Below are positions 49,866-54,477 of a stretch of 54,477 bases of DNA, piece after piece. This DNA is from a virus. Location: positions 1-54,477 of the IMG/VR virus record IMGVR_UViG_3300037313_000433. The stretch is one strand, 5' to 3'. A model generated the notes under the pieces. That model ran no database searches. It saw only the letters and a list, made by a program, of their open reading frames with translations, and was not told where the DNA came from. Made by a program: the position numbers and the translations under genes. Position 1 is the stretch's first letter; the number at the start of each line of letters is the position of its first letter.

Positions 49866-50055
49866 GACAAACGCAGGCCCCATCAAAGTCACCGTCTCCG
49901 ATCCTGAAACTGGAAAGGTCTTCGAAGAGAAGATTGTCGACAACGATTACCTGATCATCACGGCTGGCCGCTGGTACGTCAAGTCGATCCAGATCATGGG
50001 CAAGACGCACATGCTAGCCGTCGCGTGGTCAAAGGAGGAACCTTCAAATGGCTGA
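49858..50055 (+). CDS. hypothetical protein (65 aa); paralog of 41490..41684
   Basis: GPIKVTVSDPETGKV(F/L)EEKIVDNDYLI... shared with the minus-strand copy. Confidence 0.6.
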   Translation: MGETNAGPIKVTVSDPETGKVFEEKIVDNDYLIITAGRWYVKSIQIMGKTHMLAVAWSKEEPSNG

Positions 50056-50269
50056 ATGGAAATCCATCGATAGCGCGCCAGAGGGCGTCGAGATCATGAC
50101 CAGGATTACCGACCCGGACACTGGTGAGTTCTGGAATGAACAATCTCTTGTCAAGAGGACGAGGATTCCGGGCGAAACCAACCCGCTTTTCTGGTTTCCG
50201 GACGGTTCCATGTACGTCTACTACACGCCGACGCACTGGAAGCCGATTGTGGGCCATTCCAATGAATAG
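50048..50269 (+). CDS. DUF551-like protein
   Basis: AAGGAGG RBS; EWKSIDSAP...PTHW. Confidence 0.55.
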   Translation: MAEWKSIDSAPEGVEIMTRITDPDTGEFWNEQSLVKRTRIPGETNPLFWFPDGSMYVYYTPTHWKPIVGHSNE

Positions 50270-50564
50270 CGCCCTTCGAGACATCTACGCCGCCGGCCAT
50301 AGCGCTTCATCACCGCCAGTCCCGGAAGGCTGCGCTCAACTGTTTGCACCTTGCCTAGACATCCACTGCGAAAGGCCCTGCGGCGCTCACCGTCCCTACA
50401 CAGCCGCCGCAAAGGCAATCACCGCGGATATGGTCGCAACCAAGCAAAAGGCTGGGCTGCTGCAGTATTTCGCTGCTTTCCTTGCCATCGGGATCATCAT
50501 TACTGGAGCCGCCTATTGGGGGCTGTCCAGGGCAGAGCACGCTTACCAGATCGAAAGGGTCTGA
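50262..50564 (+). CDS. hypothetical protein with C-terminal TM helix (100 aa)
   Basis: LLQYFAAFLAIGIIITGAAYWGL. Confidence 0.4.
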   Translation: MNSALRDIYAAGHSASSPPVPEGCAQLFAPCLDIHCERPCGAHRPYTAAAKAITADMVATKQKAGLLQYFAAFLAIGIIITGAAYWGLSRAEHAYQIERV

Positions 50565-50566
50565 TC

Positions 50567-51484
50567 ATGGGCATCCACGAAATCCAGACACCACCGCAGG
50601 TCTCTCCGGAAACCATCGCCGACCTACCAGATCAGCCGCTTGACGAAGGCGTGAATCCGATCGGCGAACTCAGCGCGCATGTCGCCATCCTATCACGGAA
50701 AGGAAATTCAATGTCGAATGCAATCGAACCAGCGAGGCCGGCGGAAACTGCAAAAGCCTTGGCGAACGTCGCCAACCTGACGCCGATGGAAATGCTCAAT
50801 CGCGCCGTTGCCCAGGGCGCCGGAATCGAAGTCCTCGAAAAGCTGATGGCCCTGCAAGAGCGATGGGAATCCAATCAGGCGCGCAAGGCATTTGACGAAG
50901 CCATGTCATCGGCCAAATCGGAAATCCCGACGATCACCAAAAACCGCCAAGTCGGCTTCGAATCCAAGAAGGAAGGCGCGCGGAACACAAGCTATCGGCA
51001 TGAGGACTTGGCCGAGATCGCCCGCACTGTCGATCCGATCCTCAGCAAATACGGCCTGTCTTATCGCTTCCGCACGAAGAACGAGCCGAACCAGCCGATC
51101 ACCGTCACATGCATCGTCTCTCACCGAGACGGACATTGCGAGGAAAACACCTTGCAGGCAGGCCGGGATGACACTGGCAACAAGAACAGCATTCAGGCCG
51201 TCGGCAGCACCATAACTTATTTGCAGCGCTACACTCTCAAGGCCGCGCTCGGGCTAGCCGCATCGAACGATGATGACGGCAAGCGATCGGAGGAGCCACC
51301 TGTCGGCCCATTGACCGAGGAGCAGGTTATCCAGTTGCGCGAGAAGATCGAAAGCGTCGGGCTCGACAATGTTCGCTTCTGCGCAAAGTGGGGGATTGAA
51401 TCGGTCGCCGATTTCCCAGCTGCCAAATTCAACGAGGCGATCTCATCCCTAGACTCCTATGCAAGGAAGCGCACCAATGGATGA
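50567..51484 (+). CDS. erf: ERF-family single-strand annealing protein
   Basis: YRHEDLAEIARTVDPILSKYGLS...HRDGH...IQAVGSTITYLQRYTLKAALGL pattern; the start could be 50711. Confidence 0.75.
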   Translation: MGIHEIQTPPQVSPETIADLPDQPLDEGVNPIGELSAHVAILSRKGNSMSNAIEPARPAETAKALANVANLTPMEMLNRAVAQGAGIEVLEKLMALQERWESNQARKAFDEAMSSAKSEIPTITKNRQVGFESKKEGARNTSYRHEDLAEIARTVDPILSKYGLSYRFRTKNEPNQPITVTCIVSHRDGHCEENTLQAGRDDTGNKNSIQAVGSTITYLQRYTLKAALGLAASNDDDGKRSEEPPVGPLTEEQVIQLREKIESVGLDNVRFCAKWGIESVADFPAAKFNEAISSLDSYARKRTNG

Positions 51485-52112
51485 GATCATTCAAGGATCT
51501 GCCGAATGGCGTGCGCTGCGCTGCGGCAAGGTGACAGCTTCGCGCGTCGCTGACGTAGTCGCCAAGACGAAAACCGGCTGGGGCGCCATGCGCGCCAACT
51601 ATGCGGCCGAGCTTATTGCCGAACGCCTGACTGGCGTATCGGCTGAAGGCTTCACCAATGCGGCAATGCAGTGGGGAACAGATCAAGAGCCCTTCGCCCG
51701 TCGCGCCTACGAGTTCTATTGGAATGTCGATGTCGAGCAAGTCGGCTTCGTCGTCCACCCGACGATAGCGGACTCTGGTGCTTCTCCAGACGGCCAGGTT
51801 GGCGCTGAAGGGCTGATCGAGATCAAATGCCCCAACACTGCCACGCACATCGAAACGCTTCTCCAAGGCGTCGTGCCGGCGAAATACGTCACACAGATGA
51901 TGTGGCAGATGGCATGCACTGGACGGCAGTGGTGCGACTTCGTTTCGTTCGATCCGCGCCTGCCGGAAAGCATGCAGATGTTCGTCAAGCGCGTACATCG
52001 TGACGACGCCGTGATTGACGAGCTTGAGAGTGCTGTTGTTGAATTCCTCAAAACTGAGGTCGAGGCAAAGGTCGTCGCGCTGCGTCGGCTTTACGAGCAG
52101 GAGGCCGCATAA
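51477..52112 (+). CDS. YqaJ-like viral recombinase exonuclease (PD-(D/E)XK)
   Basis: GSAEWRALRCGKVTASR...SPDG...IEIKCP. Confidence 0.8.
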   Translation: MDEIIQGSAEWRALRCGKVTASRVADVVAKTKTGWGAMRANYAAELIAERLTGVSAEGFTNAAMQWGTDQEPFARRAYEFYWNVDVEQVGFVVHPTIADSGASPDGQVGAEGLIEIKCPNTATHIETLLQGVVPAKYVTQMMWQMACTGRQWCDFVSFDPRLPESMQMFVKRVHRDDAVIDELESAVVEFLKTEVEAKVVALRRLYEQEAA

Positions 52113-52955
52113 ATGGGCCGGGCTCTTCTTGTTCTCGAAACGCCAGCCGAACGTGAAAAGGCAATCAGCTGGATCAATAAGGCCCCTGTTGGCACGCGCG
52201 TCGAGTTCAAGGCGTCGAAGCGCAGCCTGCCGCAGAATGATTTGATGTGGGCACTCCTGACGGACATCGCCCAGCAGCTCGAGCACGGTGGCCGTAAATA
52301 TGACGCGACGGAATGGAAATGCATCTTCCTGCACGCCTTCGGCCGAGAGATCACGTTCCTGCCCAGCCTGGATAATCGCACATTCCTGCCGATCGAAATG
52401 TCATCGTCCGATCTGTCGAAGGACGAGATGACCGACTTTATCGAGTTCATCATGAAGGAGGGCACCGAGCGCGGTGTCACTTTCCACATCCCTAAGGAAA
52501 CCAATTCCGGCGACCAGTCCCCTCCTGACCAGCCGGCAGACGACGCCACCGCCAAAGAGGCGTTGTCAAATGAGCCGTCGAAGGATTCCTCGCCCGACGA
52601 TGGCTCAAACGGAGAGCCGGCCGGCAATCAGCCCCCGACGGCCGGCTCCCCTTCCGATCATGAACCGATCCCTGAAAAGGATCTGCCAGTCCTCCGCCGC
52701 TTCGCCAAGGACGTTCTCAACCGAGCCGCCGATCCGAACACGAGCGGCGACCTCATGTCGAAAGTCCTTCGGCACTGGCTGAACGTCGATATCCCGAAAC
52801 TGTCGGAACAGGGTCAGGCGGCGGCCAGAGGCATTGCGAAATCCGTCAAGGCTATCATGGCCGGTGATGTTAGCTTGGAGCCAGCGATCGAATTCCATGC
52901 TGAAGGACTCGGTTGCGAGCCTGGGGATTTGGCGGAGGAGCGCGCCGATGGCTGA
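52113..52955 (+). CDS. ninB: NinB/Orf-family recombination mediator with low-complexity linker and C-terminal extension
   Basis: KRSLPQNDLMWALLTDIAQQ...ATEWKCIFL. Confidence 0.6.
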   Translation: MGRALLVLETPAEREKAISWINKAPVGTRVEFKASKRSLPQNDLMWALLTDIAQQLEHGGRKYDATEWKCIFLHAFGREITFLPSLDNRTFLPIEMSSSDLSKDEMTDFIEFIMKEGTERGVTFHIPKETNSGDQSPPDQPADDATAKEALSNEPSKDSSPDDGSNGEPAGNQPPTAGSPSDHEPIPEKDLPVLRRFAKDVLNRAADPNTSGDLMSKVLRHWLNVDIPKLSEQGQAAARGIAKSVKAIMAGDVSLEPAIEFHAEGLGCEPGDLAEERADG

Positions 52956-53397
52956 GAAGGAATATCACGGCAGTATGACTATGGCCGATGGCACCCGACA
53001 TGCACTGTCGGCGGACGAAGCGAAGTCGCTTTGGGAGCAAATGGAACGTGTGCAGGCCGAACGCGCCGCTGCCATGCCGGACACCCATGCTGCGCTTGCC
53101 ACGCTCGTCTCGGCGCAAAGCCGCATGCGCGAACTCGGATGGTCACCAAGCCAATATTGCCCGCGCAATGGTTCTGCTTTCGCCGTGTGCGAGATCGGCT
53201 CTACCGGAATATGGCTTGCCCACTTCGCCGGCGCCTACATCCATTATGGCGACAGTGTAAGCGCTCCCGGCTCTCATATGTTCTGGAAGGCTGTCGACAA
53301 GCTAGACGAGGCCGAGAAGGCCACCATGGCCGAATGCGGCAAGTCGGAGGCGGAATATATCGAGCGAATCGCCAGAGCGTTTGGAGCGCAGTTCTGA
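52948..53397 (+). CDS. hypothetical protein (149 aa)
   Basis: ATG 52948 overlaps the upstream 3' end. Confidence 0.5.
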   Translation: MAEKEYHGSMTMADGTRHALSADEAKSLWEQMERVQAERAAAMPDTHAALATLVSAQSRMRELGWSPSQYCPRNGSAFAVCEIGSTGIWLAHFAGAYIHYGDSVSAPGSHMFWKAVDKLDEAEKATMAECGKSEAEYIERIARAFGAQF

Positions 53398-53789
53398 TGT
53401 CTGGCTTCCGCGTCGCCTCCTCACTTACACCGCGCGCCATCCCAAAGGCCAAGCCGAAGAAGGAAAAGGATTACCTCTCCTTCATCCACCGTCTGCCGTG
53501 TGTCGTGACGGGCACCTATGGCGTCCAGGCAGCTCATCTATCGAGCGCGGCCCCGGCATTCGGCCACTACGGGCGCGCCAAGGGCCATAAGGCTCCGGAT
53601 CGTTGGGCGCTACCTCTTTGCGAGCGGGAGCACACCAGACAGCACCAGGGCAACGAGATGGAATACTGGCGGCTCGCTGGCGTCAACCCTCATGTGCTCG
53701 CGCTGTCGATCTGGGGGCTTTGGACAGAGCTAGGCGACGATGCCGAGGAATATGCGGCGGCGCTGATCAGTGGAAGGATTTGGGGATGA
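53397..53789 (+). CDS. putative Cys/His nuclease-like protein (DUF968/Ref/HNH-like pattern)
   Basis: FIHRLPCVVTG...QAAHL...GHKAPDRWALPLCEREHTRQH. Confidence 0.45.
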   Translation: MSGFRVASSLTPRAIPKAKPKKEKDYLSFIHRLPCVVTGTYGVQAAHLSSAAPAFGHYGRAKGHKAPDRWALPLCEREHTRQHQGNEMEYWRLAGVNPHVLALSIWGLWTELGDDAEEYAAALISGRIWG

Positions 53790-54477
53790 GCTTGGAAATC
53801 AGTGACGCGATGGTCGAGGCTGCACTTGAGGCCTACGGCGTACCCAGCGACATCACATCGGCCGGCACAGGACGTGCCGCGAGAGCGATGCGCAAAGCCA
53901 TTTCAGCCGCCCTCGCCGCCCGTGAAGCGGAGGCAGGAGCGGTGTCACATCCGACCGATCGAGGGAGTCACAAGAGGTCGTTCCTGGCGGGATGGATGCG
54001 CTACGACACCTCAGCCGATTGCGACATTGAGCGCGCTAATTCCGAATTCGATGCTTGGTGGCCAGAAGGCGACCTTGCTGCCAGTGAAACGGAGGCAGGA
54101 GCGGTGAACATTGCTGGCGTCGACAACCAGGTTATTGTGGCCGCCGCCGAAATGGACAGTACCCAGAAGCTTCAGCCATTTTGGCTTTGGTATGACCGAG
54201 ACGAAAAGCCTAGTTTTGGTCGCTGGCAGAAGCACAAATATCAAGCTCCATACATCCGCGCTGATCTGGTTCTCGCCTCCCCCGCTCCGCATGTAGCGGA
54301 AGGGTGGGATGGCAAGCCGATGCCGCGCGGTGGCGTTGAGACTGATTGGCAGGCCGCGTCAATTCTTCAATACCGGAAATATTGCAAGCTCGCCAAAGCC
54401 GCAGCGAAGGTGGTCGAGGAGGCTGATCGCATCCACGACAATGAGCCGTGGCCTGTGAAATATAGAGCGCCATGGGA
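53786..54477 (+). CDS. hypothetical protein, 5' part; runs off the window end and continues at 3..212
   Basis: ATG at 53786 (ATGA overlap with the upstream stop); no stop before the window end, so it is absent from the ORF track. Confidence 0.6.
   Translation, partial: MSLEISDAMVEAALEAYGVPSDITSAGTGRAARAMRKAISAALAAREAEAGAVSHPTDRGSHKRSFLAGWMRYDTSADCDIERANSEFDAWWPEGDLAASETEAGAVNIAGVDNQVIVAAAEMDSTQKLQPFWLWYDRDEKPSFGRWQKHKYQAPYIRADLVLASPAPHVAEGWDGKPMPRGGVETDWQAASILQYRKYCKLAKAAAKVVEEADRIHDNEPWPVKYRAPW
54354..54477. repeat. Terminal direct repeat copy (identical to 1-124)
   Basis: Direct comparison. Confidence 0.9.

Noticed and set aside
51429-52334. 301-aa minus-strand ORF
   Set aside because: Antisense to the YqaJ exonuclease and NinB genes, both of which have clear family motifs.

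Overview
The window is one complete, circularly closed temperate siphovirus-type genome. Bases 1-124 are identical to 54354-54477, giving a unit length of about 54,353 bp, and an ORF reads in frame across the junction. Codon usage, a GTA/lambda-like distal tail module and a tRNA-Pro-like attP core suggest an alphaproteobacterial (Rhizobiales-like) host; this is inference.

Layout:
- An immunity region (45.1-46.5 kb) holds a cI-type HTH+S24 repressor and a convergent small winged-helix gene. It is flanked by two clusters of a 12-bp palindromic operator (TGCCA-N2-TGGCA).
- A leftward unit of about 42 kb (45129 down to 2757, all minus strand) runs in this order: Cro-like gene, many small early genes, an acyl carrier protein, two Zn-ribbon/winged-helix regulators, RuvC-like resolvase, N6 methyltransferase, DnaB helicase, C5 methyltransferase, DnaA-domain-IV-like protein, tRNA-Thr plus an aberrant tRNA-like gene, a chain of tiny coupled ORFs, TerS/TerL, portal, scaffold, P22-type coat, SGNH esterase, connectors, tail tube, G/GT chaperone with a GGGAAAC slip site, tape measure with an M15 peptidase domain, M/L/K/J-like tip genes, then endolysin-holin-overlapped spanins.
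- A rightward unit (46.5 kb, through the junction, to 1716) carries a Lar-like anti-restriction protein, ERF, YqaJ exonuclease, NinB, an HNH-like protein, an Xis-like HTH and the integrase, ending at attP. The attP candidate has a tRNA 5' half flanked by GTCCCACG arm repeats.
- Plus-strand moron-like cargo sits next to attP and between the lysis and tail genes.

Most unusual observations:
- a protein-like 197-codon alternative-frame ORF nested in the conserved core of the C5 methyltransferase gene;
- a tRNA-like gene with an apparent 8-nt anticodon loop and a long extra arm;
- a phage acyl carrier protein with no partner enzymes;
- an 89%-identical inverted paralog pair bracketing the immunity segment.

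All functional calls come from motif recognition by eye. No database search was run.
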